Assembly (NCBI GenBank): GCA_965238225.1
Contig: OZ250183.1
Location: forward strand, 480,001-544,000
Direction: 5' to 3'
DNA length: 64,000 bases
Source: Gammaproteobacteria bacterium
GTDB lineage: Bacteria; Pseudomonadota; Gammaproteobacteria; Eutrophobiales; Eutrophobiaceae
The notes under the pieces are model-generated. The model was given only the letters and a program-made list of their open reading frames with translations, did not search any database and was not told where the DNA came from. Shown piece by piece: positions 21,907-33,078 of the stretch. The translations under genes and the position numbers were made by a program. How positions within the stretch are numbered: position 1 is the first letter of the stretch; each line of letters starts with the position of its first letter.

Positions 21907-21947
21907 TATGATTTTGGAATATATTTTTATGAGGTTAAGTAAGACTA

Positions 21948-23879
21948 ATGACGGTTGAAGCACAAAAAGAAACACTTGGTTTACAGACAGAAACACAACA
22001 GTTGCTGGATTTAATGATTCATTCGCTATACAGCAATAAAGAAATATTTTTAAGAGAATTGATTTCAAATTCATCAGATGCATCAGATAAATTACGTTTT
22101 GAGGCACTGAAAGATGACAGTCTCTATGAAGAGGATGCTGATTTAAAGATTCGGGTTGAATATAACAAAGACAATAAAACCATTACAGTTCTAGATAATG
22201 GTATTGGTATGTCACGAGAAGACGTGATTGAGCATTTAGGTACCATCGCTAAATCTGGCACCCAAGAATTTTTTAAATCTCTTACAGGAGATCAAAGTAA
22301 AGACAGTCAAATGATCGGTCAATTTGGCGTAGGGTTTTATTCTTCTTTCATGGTTGCGAAAAAAGTTGAAGTCACCACACGCAAGGCAGGCATGCCAAGA
22401 ACAGAAGGTGTTCGTTGGATTTCAAAAGGCACTGGTGATTACACTATTGAAACTGTAGACAGACCTAAGCGTGGCACCAAAGTTATTTTGACTCTTAGGA
22501 AAGATGCTGCTGAATTTCTGGATGGTTTCAGGCTGCGCCACATTATTAAAAAATATTCTGACCATATTTCTCTGCCCATTATTATGCCAAATGAAGATTC
22601 TGGCGCTACCTTAGCTTCTGATAAAGATAAGAAAGATAATGTCAAGGTAATCACGGCAGATGAAACTGTGAACAACACAATAGCCTTATGGACACGTAGA
22701 AAAAAAGACATTACCAAAGAGGAATATCATGAGTTTTATAAAAATATTGGGTATGACTTCGAAGATCCGCTGGCCTATATACATACTCAGGTCGAAGGTA
22801 AGTTAGAGTACAGCAGCTTGTTATTCATCCCTATGCGCGCACCTTTCGACCTTTGGGATAGACAACAGCGACATGGTGTAAAGCTTTACGTAAAACGTGT
22901 TTTTATTATGGATGATGCCGAGCGACTGGTGCCTGCCTATCTAAGATTTATTCGTGGCGTGGTGGACTCCAATAACCTGCCATTGAATGTTTCAAGAGAA
23001 ATTCTGCAACAAAATAAAACAATCGACTCGATTCGATCAGGTACGACCAAAAAGATTCTAAATCTATTGACTAAAATGACAAAAAATGATCCAGAAAAAT
23101 ATGCGATATTCTGGAAAGAGTTTGGTCGCATAATGAAAGAAGGTGTTATTGAAGAAACGGATAAAAAAGAAAATTTAGCCAGTTTGTTCCGATTTTCATC
23201 GACATATGAGAACAAGGAAGAGCAAACGGTTTCCCTTACTGATTACATTAAACGGATGCCAGAAGATCAGGAGGCTATTTATTACGTGATTGCAGATAAT
23301 TTCTCAACTGCGAAAAACAGCCCTCATCTGGAAATATTCCATAAGAAAGGTATTGAAGCGTTACTTTTAAGCGATCCGATTGACGAATGGTTGACATCAC
23401 ATTTGACAGAGTTTGATGGCAAATCACTGCGCTCAGTGAGCAAAGGTGAACTCAATCTTGGTAAGCTCGACGAGAAAAAAGATGATGTTTCTGAAAAAGA
23501 AAGGAAGAAAGAATCAAATAAATTGATCGAAAAAATCAAACAAGCGCTGGAATCGAAAGTTAAAGAGGTTCGTGTGACCAACCGACTGACCAATTCTCCC
23601 GCCTGTCTGGTTGTAGATGAGCATGAAATGGGTCGTAATCTGGAGAGAATACTGCAGGCTTCTGGTCAAGAAATACCTATGAGTAAGCCGATTTTGGAAA
23701 TTAATATTGAACATCCAATAGTCATTAAACTAGATGAGGCTGAGGGCGAGCAATTTGACGACTGGTCACATATTCTTTTTGAACAAGCCTTATTAAGCGA
23801 GGGCGGTCAGTTGGAAGATCCTGCTGGATTTGTGCATAGATTAAATAATATGTTTATAACTCTTGGCTCATCGTCATAA
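21948..23879 (+). CDS. htpG: Hsp90 chaperone
   Basis: YSNKEIFLRELISN, DNGIGM, LGTIAKSGT, IGQFGVGFYS, LPLNVSREILQ. Confidence 0.98.
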   Translation: MTVEAQKETLGLQTETQQLLDLMIHSLYSNKEIFLRELISNSSDASDKLRFEALKDDSLYEEDADLKIRVEYNKDNKTITVLDNGIGMSREDVIEHLGTIAKSGTQEFFKSLTGDQSKDSQMIGQFGVGFYSSFMVAKKVEVTTRKAGMPRTEGVRWISKGTGDYTIETVDRPKRGTKVILTLRKDAAEFLDGFRLRHIIKKYSDHISLPIIMPNEDSGATLASDKDKKDNVKVITADETVNNTIALWTRRKKDITKEEYHEFYKNIGYDFEDPLAYIHTQVEGKLEYSSLLFIPMRAPFDLWDRQQRHGVKLYVKRVFIMDDAERLVPAYLRFIRGVVDSNNLPLNVSREILQQNKTIDSIRSGTTKKILNLLTKMTKNDPEKYAIFWKEFGRIMKEGVIEETDKKENLASLFRFSSTYENKEEQTVSLTDYIKRMPEDQEAIYYVIADNFSTAKNSPHLEIFHKKGIEALLLSDPIDEWLTSHLTEFDGKSLRSVSKGELNLGKLDEKKDDVSEKERKKESNKLIEKIKQALESKVKEVRVTNRLTNSPACLVVDEHEMGRNLERILQASGQEIPMSKPILEINIEHPIVIKLDEAEGEQFDDWSHILFEQALLSEGGQLEDPAGFVHRLNNMFITLGSSS

Positions 23880-24034
23880 ACAAAACTTGGGTTTTATGCA
23901 ATATCAAATTGGTTATTTTACTAAACTGCTATTTACGATATTTAAGTTTATTTTCATAATCTAAACTTTAAATTTTTTGTTTGATATTTATGCGCTAGAA
24001 TTGGTCTATAATAATTTCTATTCTGGGTTAGAAA

Positions 24035-25660
24035 ATGGAACTAAAGCCATCAGACTGCAAAGATTTGTTAGAAAAACTAAACTCGGTTGGCGTTGCGCTT
24101 TCTTCTGAGAAAGATCATGAGCGTCTGCTTGAGATTATATTGGCGCGAGCAAAGGATATGACTCATGCAGATGGCGGCACATTATATCTTAAAACAGAAG
24201 ATAACCGTCTTAGTTTTGAAATTGTCCATACCGATTCTCTCGGTATTCATCTAGGCGGCACGGAAGGTCAGCCAATTACTTTTTATCCTATCAAATTAAC
24301 AAATAAAGAGGGTAAGCCAAATATTAGTAATGTCGCTGCTTGCGCTGTTATAAAAAATAAAACAATTAACATTGCTGATGCTTATACCGCTGAAGAGTTT
24401 GATTTTATAGGCACACGGCAGTTTGACAAGAAGATTGGTTATCGATCTAAATCTTTTCTGACGGTGCCTATGACAAATCATGAAAATGAAATTATTGGCG
24501 TACTACAATTAATTAATGCAAAGGATATGGAAACCGGAGAGATAAAGGCATTTTCTGATCTAGATCAGAAAATGGTTGAGTCTCTTGCATCACAAGCAGC
24601 GGTGACTATGACTAATAGGCAGTTGATTAGTGACCAGAAGAAATTGTTTAATTCTATTATTGAGCTTATCGCCAGCGCCATTGATGAAAAATCTCCATAC
24701 ACTGCAGGCCATTGTCGTCGCGTTCCTGTATTAACTGATATGATTGCTGAGGCAACCTGTAACATTACCTATGGTCCGTTTAAAGATTTTAGTATGACAA
24801 ATGCGGACATCTATGCATTAAATGTAGCTGGTTGGCTACATGATTGCGGAAAAATTGTCATACCGGAGGCTGTGGTTGATAAAAGCACTAAGCTGGAAAC
24901 GATTGTAGATCGAATCGAAATAATTGATACACGTTTTGAGGTGCTTAAGCGTGATGCTGAAATTACTGCTTTAAAGCGTAAGCTTGAAGTGTTAGGAGAA
25001 AAAAATCTCAGTGCCGATGAAGAGCTATCATCTAAGCTAAAGCAATTAGATGATGATAGAGAATTTATTCGTGCGTGTAATGTTGGTGGCGAGGCAATGG
25101 TCGATGATTTACAGAAACGCGTGGAAGATATAGCAAAATACAAATGGCAAGATACACAAGGAAATGAGAGTAATTTTTTAACTGAGGATGAGACTTACAA
25201 CCTGAATATTCCTCGAGGCACGCTTAATACGGAGGAACGTGAGGTTATCGATAGTCATATAGACGTTACCATTAGGATGCTTGAGTCCTTACCCTACCCA
25301 AAACATCTAGCCAACGTCACAGAATATGCAGGCGGTCATCATGAAAAAATGGACGGTAGCGGCTACCCTAAAGGCTTAAAACGGGATGAGATGTCCGTGC
25401 AGGCAAGAATGATGGGAATTGCGGATATATTCGAGGCCTTAACCGCAGCAGATCGACCCTATAAAAAGGCAATGCCTATGTCGAAAGCATTAAGCATACT
25501 TGGACGCATGAAACTGAATAATCATATTGATCCGGATTTATTTGATGTGTTTATATGGCAGAAGGTGTATCAGAGATATGCAGATGCACATCTAACACAA
25601 GAGCAATGTGATGATTATGATCTAAATAATATTCCCGGATATGTCCCGCCATCAGAATAA
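24035..25660 (+). CDS. GAF + HD-GYP domain phosphohydrolase (putative cyclic dinucleotide phosphodiesterase)
   Basis: GAF-like N-terminus (ADGGTLY, GYRSKSFLTVPM, GVLQLIN); LHDCGK, HHEKMDGSGYP, ADIFEALTAADRPYK. Confidence 0.88.
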   Translation: MELKPSDCKDLLEKLNSVGVALSSEKDHERLLEIILARAKDMTHADGGTLYLKTEDNRLSFEIVHTDSLGIHLGGTEGQPITFYPIKLTNKEGKPNISNVAACAVIKNKTINIADAYTAEEFDFIGTRQFDKKIGYRSKSFLTVPMTNHENEIIGVLQLINAKDMETGEIKAFSDLDQKMVESLASQAAVTMTNRQLISDQKKLFNSIIELIASAIDEKSPYTAGHCRRVPVLTDMIAEATCNITYGPFKDFSMTNADIYALNVAGWLHDCGKIVIPEAVVDKSTKLETIVDRIEIIDTRFEVLKRDAEITALKRKLEVLGEKNLSADEELSSKLKQLDDDREFIRACNVGGEAMVDDLQKRVEDIAKYKWQDTQGNESNFLTEDETYNLNIPRGTLNTEEREVIDSHIDVTIRMLESLPYPKHLANVTEYAGGHHEKMDGSGYPKGLKRDEMSVQARMMGIADIFEALTAADRPYKKAMPMSKALSILGRMKLNNHIDPDLFDVFIWQKVYQRYADAHLTQEQCDDYDLNNIPGYVPPSE

Positions 25661-25725
25661 AATACGAGCGAGCCAATTGCAGTAATTAAAGCATGGGCCG
25701 TTGAAAATGATGGATATCGTGAGAC

Positions 25726-26075
25726 ATGTATACAAGGCAGAAGATGATAAAGAAAATCTTGGTGATTTTGGCATTGACTTTGACTGGTAGCGTTTACGTT
25801 GCAGAGAGCGAACGGCGAACGACCTCAGAAGGTTCTGTTTTAGAAAGCCCAAGACCAGACCAGCCTGCCACAGCGCACGAAGTTTCTGTCTTGTCTATGA
25901 ATGTATTCCCTGACGGCAGAGGCTTGCCCTTGGTTCATTGAGCAATGATGAGACCTACACCTTAATTGCCTAATCTGCTTTATCTAAACAGTATTATTGC
26001 AGAAAATACTGCACTCGACAAAGAAATAAATCATGCAGGTGAAAATGCCGAACAAGGATGGGTTTATTAATATTT
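25726..26075 (+). pseudogene. Collapsed SoxD-like cytochrome c, heme-binding core deleted
   Basis: Signal peptide and PATAHEV...VFPDGRGLP joined out of frame to GSLSNDETY..IA*, LLYLNSIIAEN..LDKE and VKMPNKDGFI; no CxxCH. Confidence 0.7.
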
Positions 26076-26171
26076 ATGAGCAAGGATCAAAAAAAACAAA
26101 TTAAAGGATCGTTTTTGTCGCATTGACTCCTTATTCCCTTTACATGTGGGAATCCAGTACAATAGTCGCCC

Positions 26172-27272
26172 ATGTCGGGCAATACATTCGGAAAGTTATT
26201 TACTGTTACCACCTGTGGCGAGAGTCATGGTGCAGGCTATGCGTGCATTGTTGATGGTTGTCCGCCAGGAATGGTGCTCACTGAGGCACACCTGCAAAAA
26301 GATCTAAACAGGCGCAAGCCCGGAAAGTCTCGTCATGTAAGCCCTCGCAAAGAAACGGATATTGTGCGTATAATTTCTGGTGTATTTGAAGGTATTACCA
26401 CAGGCACACCGATTGGCCTTTTAATAGATAATACGGATCAAAAACCCCAAGACTATTCCAAGATAAATGAATTATTTCGTCCCGGACATGCAGATTACAC
26501 TTACCAGCAAAAATATGGCATCAGAGATCATCGTGGCGGCGGACGTGCCTCTGCTCGGGAAACCTGTATGCGCGTCGCGGCTGGCGGCATTGCGAAAAAA
26601 TATTTAAAAGAAAAATACAATATCAATATTCGTGCTTATCTTGCGCAAATCGGATCGATTAAAATTGAATTTAAGAGTTGGAACGAAGCTGAAAACAATA
26701 ATTTTTTCTGCCCCGATGCGTCCAAAGTAGATGAGTTGGATAAATATATGGACGCCTTGCGTAAAGAGGGCAACTCTATTGGTGCACGCATTAATGTTGT
26801 TGCAGAGAATGTTCCGCCAGGCTTAGGGGAGCCTGTCTTTGATCGTTTTGATGCTGATATTGCTAAGGCGATGATGAGCATCAATGCTGTGAAAGGCGTG
26901 GAGATTGGCGCTGGGTTTACGAGTGTAAATGAGAAAGGCACAGAGCATCGTGATGAAATAACGCAAGAAGGATTTATTAGTAATCATGCAGGCGGTGTGT
27001 TGGGTGGTATTTCTTCCGGACAAGATGTATTGGTGGGCATAGCACTAAAACCAACCTCCAGTATTCGATTGCCCGGGCAAACTATCAATGTGCAAGGCGA
27101 GGTGCGTGAAGTTAAAACAACAGGTCGTCATGATCCTTGTGTTGGCATTCGTGCAACACCGATTGCTGAGGCTATGTTGGCTCTAGTGATTATGGATCAT
27201 GCATTACGCCATCGTGGTCAAAATGCGGATGTACAATCAATAACACCCATAGTTCCTGCTAAGCGGAAGTAA
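26172..27272 (+). CDS. aroC: Chorismate synthase
   Basis: [29 protein letters not shown]. Confidence 0.98.
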   Translation: MSGNTFGKLFTVTTCGESHGAGYACIVDGCPPGMVLTEAHLQKDLNRRKPGKSRHVSPRKETDIVRIISGVFEGITTGTPIGLLIDNTDQKPQDYSKINELFRPGHADYTYQQKYGIRDHRGGGRASARETCMRVAAGGIAKKYLKEKYNINIRAYLAQIGSIKIEFKSWNEAENNNFFCPDASKVDELDKYMDALRKEGNSIGARINVVAENVPPGLGEPVFDRFDADIAKAMMSINAVKGVEIGAGFTSVNEKGTEHRDEITQEGFISNHAGGVLGGISSGQDVLVGIALKPTSSIRLPGQTINVQGEVREVKTTGRHDPCVGIRATPIAEAMLALVIMDHALRHRGQNADVQSITPIVPAKRK

Positions 27273-27341
27273 AAAATAATTAGTAAAAGACATTACTGAT
27301 GGCATCTTTTACTCTTTACCCTTGAGCACTCGCGTTTAAAA

Positions 27342-28496
27342 ATGCCTATCCATACACATTTTATTGGTGTGCCTTACTGGCGTTTGTCTGGTTATTACTT
27401 CCTGTTTTTTGTTACCGTTGGCATCTATATGCCCTATTGGGCTTTGTATCTCAAGTCCATAAATTTTAATGCACAACAAATCGGTATTCTTTCAGCCATC
27501 GTTGTGGGTACTAAGGTCTTTTCGACTTATCTATGGGGCTGGATGGTTGACCATACAGGCAAGCGCACACGAGTCATCCAGTTAGCTTCATTGTTTTCTG
27601 TCTTGAGTTTTGTGCCTGTGTTGTTTATAGAAGATTTCTGGACGCTTGTGTTTATTATGTTTTTATTTGCAATATTCTGGAGTGCATCATTACCTCAAAT
27701 TGATGCGGCGACACTTTCTCATCTTGGCGAGTCATCGAACGCTTACACCATCATTCGTTTATGGGGTTCCGTTGGTTTTATCTTCATTGTGTGGGTACTT
27801 GGTGTGATTTTTGAATCACTCAGTATCAGTTATGCGCCACTTATCTTGCTGATTTCTATGCTATTGGTTTGGTTATTGACATTAACATTTCCAGATACGT
27901 CAGTATCACACGACGACGACTCACATGAATCTTTAAAAGAGATTCTCGGCCAACCCAAAGTCATTGCCTTACTTTTAGCCTGTTTTTTGATGCTTGCAAG
28001 CCACGGGCCTTATTACACTTTCTATTCTATTTATCTGAAAGATTATGGTTATTCCAGCACCTTCATCGGTCAAATGTGGGCGCTGGGCGTTGTTGCTGAA
28101 GTAGTGTTATTTTTATTTATGCATCGTTTGATTGCTGCCTTTGGTTTGCGAAAATTATTTTTATTAAGTTTATTTTTAGCAGGGCTGCGTTGGTTGTTAA
28201 TCGCTTTTTATATAGACAATCTGGCCTTGCTTTCATTTGCACAACTTCTACACGCAGCCACCTTTGGCTTATGTCATGCTGCTGCTATTCAATATGTGCA
28301 TAAATATTTCAAAGGAAAATTACAGGGCAGGGGGCAGGGTTTGTACAGCAGTGCAAGCTTTGGGGCTGGCTTTGCTATTGGCAGTTTATTAACGGGCTAT
28401 GGCTGGGATGCCTTGGGCGCTCATGTTTGTTTTATGATGGCATCGATTACAGCATTTTTTGCAATGTTGATTGCCTTTTTCTGGGTGAGAGACTAA
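27342..28496 (+). CDS. MFS transporter (MFS_1-like/HcaT-type)
   Basis: About 12 hydrophobic helices; YTIIRLWGSVGF, GVVAEV, QLLHAATFG. Confidence 0.85.
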   Translation: MPIHTHFIGVPYWRLSGYYFLFFVTVGIYMPYWALYLKSINFNAQQIGILSAIVVGTKVFSTYLWGWMVDHTGKRTRVIQLASLFSVLSFVPVLFIEDFWTLVFIMFLFAIFWSASLPQIDAATLSHLGESSNAYTIIRLWGSVGFIFIVWVLGVIFESLSISYAPLILLISMLLVWLLTLTFPDTSVSHDDDSHESLKEILGQPKVIALLLACFLMLASHGPYYTFYSIYLKDYGYSSTFIGQMWALGVVAEVVLFLFMHRLIAAFGLRKLFLLSLFLAGLRWLLIAFYIDNLALLSFAQLLHAATFGLCHAAAIQYVHKYFKGKLQGRGQGLYSSASFGAGFAIGSLLTGYGWDALGAHVCFMMASITAFFAMLIAFFWVRD

Positions 28497-28689
28497 ACAT
28501 TAATTTAAGGATTTTTACGAATATTTAAGACTAAGCTAGAGATTTACGTGGCTATTGATAAACGAGACCAAGTATCAATAACAGAATTTTTTAATCCTAG
28601 AAATAAAAAAATTAGGATATTTATGATAAATATTTAAGCGTTGGTGATAAAATGAAAAAATTAAATCAAAGTTTTGTCTGGAGTAAATT

Positions 28690-30033
28690 ATGGATGATTA
28701 AAATTTAGTGTTAAAAATTTAGGTAGTGTTAAGTCCGGTGAGTTTGAATCTAAGCCATTAACCATTTTTTGTGGGCCTAATAATAGTGGTAAAACTTGGA
28801 CTATGTACGCCTTATACAGTTACTATATATCGTATGGACTCGGCTTAGTTAGTTCAACAAAATACAAGCCATCGTACCAAATATATTGAACACAGAAGAC
28901 GATCAGATTGATATGGGTGAATGGATAACAAATAATCATGATGAAATCGTCAGTTTCTCTAATAATTAAATGTAGCTTTTTCCTGAATTTTTTAACAGCA
29001 AAAAAGAATTATTTAACAATACTGAATTCAAATTACATATTACATCAGAAGATATGATAAAGCGTTTTTCAGATAACAACTTCGTCTTCAATAGGAAAAA
29101 ATGATAAAAATAAAAAATTTACCTTAAAAACAGATGAAAATAGTACGATGCTTAATATAGAAAAGTTTTCTATAAGGAGAAGAAGATGAAGCTGAAATAG
29201 AATTTCATTTGAATAGGTTTATTTACAAATGCTTATTTGGTTTTACAGATACTTTTTTAATACCGGCGGAACGCAATGGCTTACATTTATTTTACCGTGA
29301 GCTAAGTAAAAACGCACCGCATTATTACATCATGCTTCAAAAGAGAATATTGATATTAGAAAGTTATTGCACGATGTTTGCGCTCTCCTTATCTAGCCAC
29401 TTGCAGATTACATTGAACCAGAATATCAAAAAAATGTGAATTTAATCAAGTTGCCAAAGAATTAGAAAAAAAATTGGCAGGCGGTGCTTATAAAATAGAT
29501 GCTCGCACAGACGACATTGTATTCAAACCCTATCAGAAAAAACGCGATGGCAAAAAAACTGAAGAATTGAGCCTGCATATGACCTCAAGCTCCGTTAAAA
29601 GTTTGTTTGGATTATGGTTTTATTTAAAACATCAGGCAAAAAAAGGCGATATTTTAATGATAGACGAGCCAGAGCTTAATTTTCACCCTGCCAGTCAACG
29701 CAAAATAACCAGACTATTAGCACAATTAGTTAATGCTGGATTAAAAGTGGTAATCAGCAACATAGCGATTATATCGTTCGTGAATTTAATACCTTAATTA
29801 TGCTTAATAATGAAAATGCCAAAGAATTAAGAGAAAAGTATCACTATAAAGAAGATGAAACATTAGGTGTAGATAAAGTTGGTGCTTATTTGTTTGATGA
29901 GCAAACTATTAAGACATTCAAAATAACCCCTGATGATGGTATTTATGTCACTACCTTTGATCAGGAAATCATTGATCTGAATAAGACTAATGATGACATC
30001 TATTATACGTTACAAGAATTACAAGATGAGTAA
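28690..30033 (+). pseudogene. Fragmented ABC/AAA_15-type ATPase (defence/OLD-like)
   Basis: KNLGSVK, Walker A GPNNSGKT (28773-28796), FLIPAERNGL, signature-like SLHMTSSSVKSL, Walker B ILMIDEPELNFHP, HSDYIVREFN; many frameshifts; AT-rich. Confidence 0.85.
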
Positions 30034-30593
30034 AGAATTTGTGGCATTAATCGCTCAATGTATTGATAAAAAATTTTGTTTGAAAAGAGAATCTAATTCA
30101 TGGACTTTGCATGATAGACAGAATGGTACACAAACTGAATTATGTTCACCTAATCGTAATTCTTTTGCATTTACTTTGGACGAATCTAATTCTAAAAAAA
30201 TGCACTGCCATTTTTTCATTCTTCACCGCCAAAACATATAAGCAAGATGTGCGATGCCATTATCGCACTATCTTTTGATAAGGCTTATATATTACTGGTT
30301 GAAAAGAAAACAAATAACACAGGTGAATAGAAAACAATTGACCAATGGCTGGCATTTTTGTCGATGGTTGCTTGCTTTATTAAAGGATTATAAAAACAGC
30401 GTATCTTTTGTTGGTTTGCTTTGTTGGCAACCACGATCACAGCCTTAGAGGACCAGCAACACACGACGGTCAAGATTCATATCCTTTTGTTAAAGGAGAT
30501 AATTTTTATACTACCGAGCACAAAGGAGATGAGACAGTGGTTTTGTCGAAAATTATTAAGTCTTATATTAAAATTTATTGCAATAAATATTGA
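30026..30593 (+). pseudogene. Fragmented partner gene with PD-(D/E)xK-like nuclease motif
   Basis: ATG at 30026 overlaps the ATPase stop; stitched frames give ...KMCDAIIALSFDKAYILLVEKKT...RKQL. Confidence 0.6.
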
Positions 30594-30670
30594 AGCAATA
30601 CTCAATAAGAATTGGCTATTATTGTAAATAATCAGTGCATTAAAATAGCAAGTCTATTTAAGTCACGCTA

Positions 30671-32113
30671 TCAAGTAGACGTTCCCCCCACCGTTAAATC
30701 TTCTATGCGTATGGTAGGTTGTCCGACACCAACAGGCACCGACTGACCGTCTTTCCCGCAGGTGCCAATGCCTGAATCCAGTGCCATATCATTGCCGACC
30801 ATAGAGACTCTGGTCAATACATCCGGACCGTTACCAATGATGGTCGCGCCTTTTACAGGTGCGGTAATTTTTCCATCCTCAATGAGATAAGCTTGGCTCG
30901 TACTAAAGACAAACTTGCCGTTCGTTATATCAACTTGTCCGCCACCGAATTGCACTGCATAAATACCCTTTTTGACAGATTTAATAATATCTTCCGGGTC
31001 TTCTTCACCGCCTAACATGTAGGTGTTGGTCATGCGTGGCATAGGTAGATGTGCATAGGATTCTCGTCTGCCATTGCCGGTGGGGTGCATGCCCATAAGC
31101 CGGGCATTTTGTTTGTCTTGCATGTAATTTACCAATATGCCGTGTTCTATCAGCGTGGTGCTTTCAGTTTTGGTGCCCTCATCATCAATATTTAAAGATC
31201 CGCGGCGGTTTGTAATGGTGCCATCATCAACAATGGTAACTTCAGGCGCAGCAACACGTTGACCGATGCGCCCGGAAAAGGCAGATGTTTTCTTACGATT
31301 AAAATCACCTTCGAGCCCGTGTCCAATGGCCTCATGCAGCAAAATTCCAGGCCAGCCAGAACCGAGCACTACAGTCATATTACCAGCAGGTGCTGCGATA
31401 GCTTCTAGATTCAGCAATGCTTGTTGGACTGCCTCATCTATATATGAGTTGGTTAGTTTTTCGTCAAGAAAATAATCGTAAGAGAATCGACCACCTCCTC
31501 CTGAACTGCCTTTTTCAAAACGTCCTTTTTCTTCAACAATGACATTGATATTTAATCTTATAAGCGGGCGCACATCGCCGGCCAATGTGCCATCATTTCC
31601 AGCAACCAAGATGGTGTTATGCAAACCCGTAAGACCAACCATCACCTGTTTAATGCGATGATCTTTTTCTCTGGCGCGTTTATTAATCTTTTTTAGTAAC
31701 TCAACTTTTTGGTCGGCGTTGATTGATGCCAATGGATCAGAAGCTTGATAGAGTAAATCTTGTGATTGTTGTTTCCATGCTTGCAGCTTACCCGTTCCGC
31801 CGCTTCTGGCAATCGCACGCGCAGCCTCTGCCGCATGGTTTAATGCGGGTAAAACAATTTCATCTGAATAAGCAAAACCAGTTTTTTCACCACTTACGGC
31901 ACGGACACCTACGCCTTGATCAATGCTATACGAACCTTCTTTAACGATACCGTCTTCCAATACCCATGATTCTGCATGAGATGACTCGAAATAGAGATCG
32001 GCATAATCAATATTATGAACCATTAATTGATCCAGTGTTTTCTGAACATCATTTGTGTCCAGTCCACTTCCATCTAGCAGATGTGATTTGGCGATTTCCA
32101 GTACGTTATTCAT
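30671..32113 (-). CDS. tldD: TldD metalloprotease
   Basis: [47 protein letters not shown]. Confidence 0.97.
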   Translation of the reverse strand: MNNVLEIAKSHLLDGSGLDTNDVQKTLDQLMVHNIDYADLYFESSHAESWVLEDGIVKEGSYSIDQGVGVRAVSGEKTGFAYSDEIVLPALNHAAEAARAIARSGGTGKLQAWKQQSQDLLYQASDPLASINADQKVELLKKINKRAREKDHRIKQVMVGLTGLHNTILVAGNDGTLAGDVRPLIRLNINVIVEEKGRFEKGSSGGGGRFSYDYFLDEKLTNSYIDEAVQQALLNLEAIAAPAGNMTVVLGSGWPGILLHEAIGHGLEGDFNRKKTSAFSGRIGQRVAAPEVTIVDDGTITNRRGSLNIDDEGTKTESTTLIEHGILVNYMQDKQNARLMGMHPTGNGRRESYAHLPMPRMTNTYMLGGEEDPEDIIKSVKKGIYAVQFGGGQVDITNGKFVFSTSQAYLIEDGKITAPVKGATIIGNGPDVLTRVSMVGNDMALDSGIGTCGKDGQSVPVGVGQPTIRIEDLTVGGTST

Positions 32114-32136
32114 ATATTTTACTTATCCCAGTATTT

Positions 32137-32961
32137 TTAATTTAAATTTAATTTTTTATGTTCTAAACAGGGAAAATTCTTGCGTAGCGTTTTTTGTTTT
32201 TCCAGATTAATATCCGCGATAGCAAAACCAGACTCTTTTTCAACGCAGTCGAGAATATTTCCCCATGGGTCAATAATCATACTGTGCCCCCAGGTTTCTC
32301 GATTATTAACATGTTTCCCTCCTTGGTTGGATGCGATGACATAGCAAAGATTCTCGACTGCACGGGTACGGAGCAAAGATTCCCAGTGTACCTTGCCTGT
32401 GGCTGCCGTGAATGCGGAGGGCACTGTGATGATATTGACATCACTTTTATGCATAGCGCGATAAAGCTCAGGGAAACGCAGATCATAACAGATCGACATA
32501 CCAATATTGCCAAATGGTGTCTTGGTTACCACAATCTTATTGCCTGCCTCCAGCGTGCGTGACTCCTGATAACTTTCTTTGCTGTTTCCTTTATGAACCG
32601 TGGCATCAAATAAATGTATCTTGTCATATCTGTCGATGCATTTTCCTTCTGGATTATAAAGCAGGCAGGCCGACCGAGCTTTGTTTACATCGTTTGCTTG
32701 TAAAGGAATTGTGCCGCCCATTAGCCATACCCCATGTTTTTTTGACTGTGCAGCCAAAAAATCCTGCATTAGTCCCTGTCCAAAAGGCTCCATGATGGTA
32801 ATTTTATCGTGTTCTTTATGACCCATCAGGGTGAAATTTTCAGGCAAAAGCAGAAATTTTGCGCCTTGTGCAACGCTACTGGCGATTAACTTCGATGCCC
32901 AATGCAGATTTTCATCCACATCTGCGGTGGAAATCATTTGTATTGATGCAACTTTTATCAT
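32137..32961 (-). CDS. Carbon-nitrogen hydrolase (Nit1-like)
   Basis: LPENF, YDKIHLFD, ICYDLRFPE, RAVEN, TWGHSMIIDPWG; upstream of tldD. Confidence 0.92.
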   Translation of the reverse strand: MIKVASIQMISTADVDENLHWASKLIASSVAQGAKFLLLPENFTLMGHKEHDKITIMEPFGQGLMQDFLAAQSKKHGVWLMGGTIPLQANDVNKARSACLLYNPEGKCIDRYDKIHLFDATVHKGNSKESYQESRTLEAGNKIVVTKTPFGNIGMSICYDLRFPELYRAMHKSDVNIITVPSAFTAATGKVHWESLLRTRAVENLCYVIASNQGGKHVNNRETWGHSMIIDPWGNILDCVEKESGFAIADINLEKQKTLRKNFPCLEHKKLNLN

Positions 32962-33078
32962 GAATAACCCTTGTGAATGCTCTTAACTACAGGATATAAC
33001 AGTTATGAAAATGACTCTATCTCTTACATGTCATATAATCACGCGTTTTTTAAACATTAAATTAGGTGTACTGCAAAG

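Noticed and set aside
29209-30627. Several small separate ORFs
   Set aside because: They are frameshifted fragments of two pseudogenes, not independent genes.
30671-32113. TldD as the protease of the RiPP cluster
   Set aside because: It is about 11 kb away, on the opposite strand, in its usual context beside the nitrilase gene. The precursor has a Sec signal peptide that accounts for leader removal.
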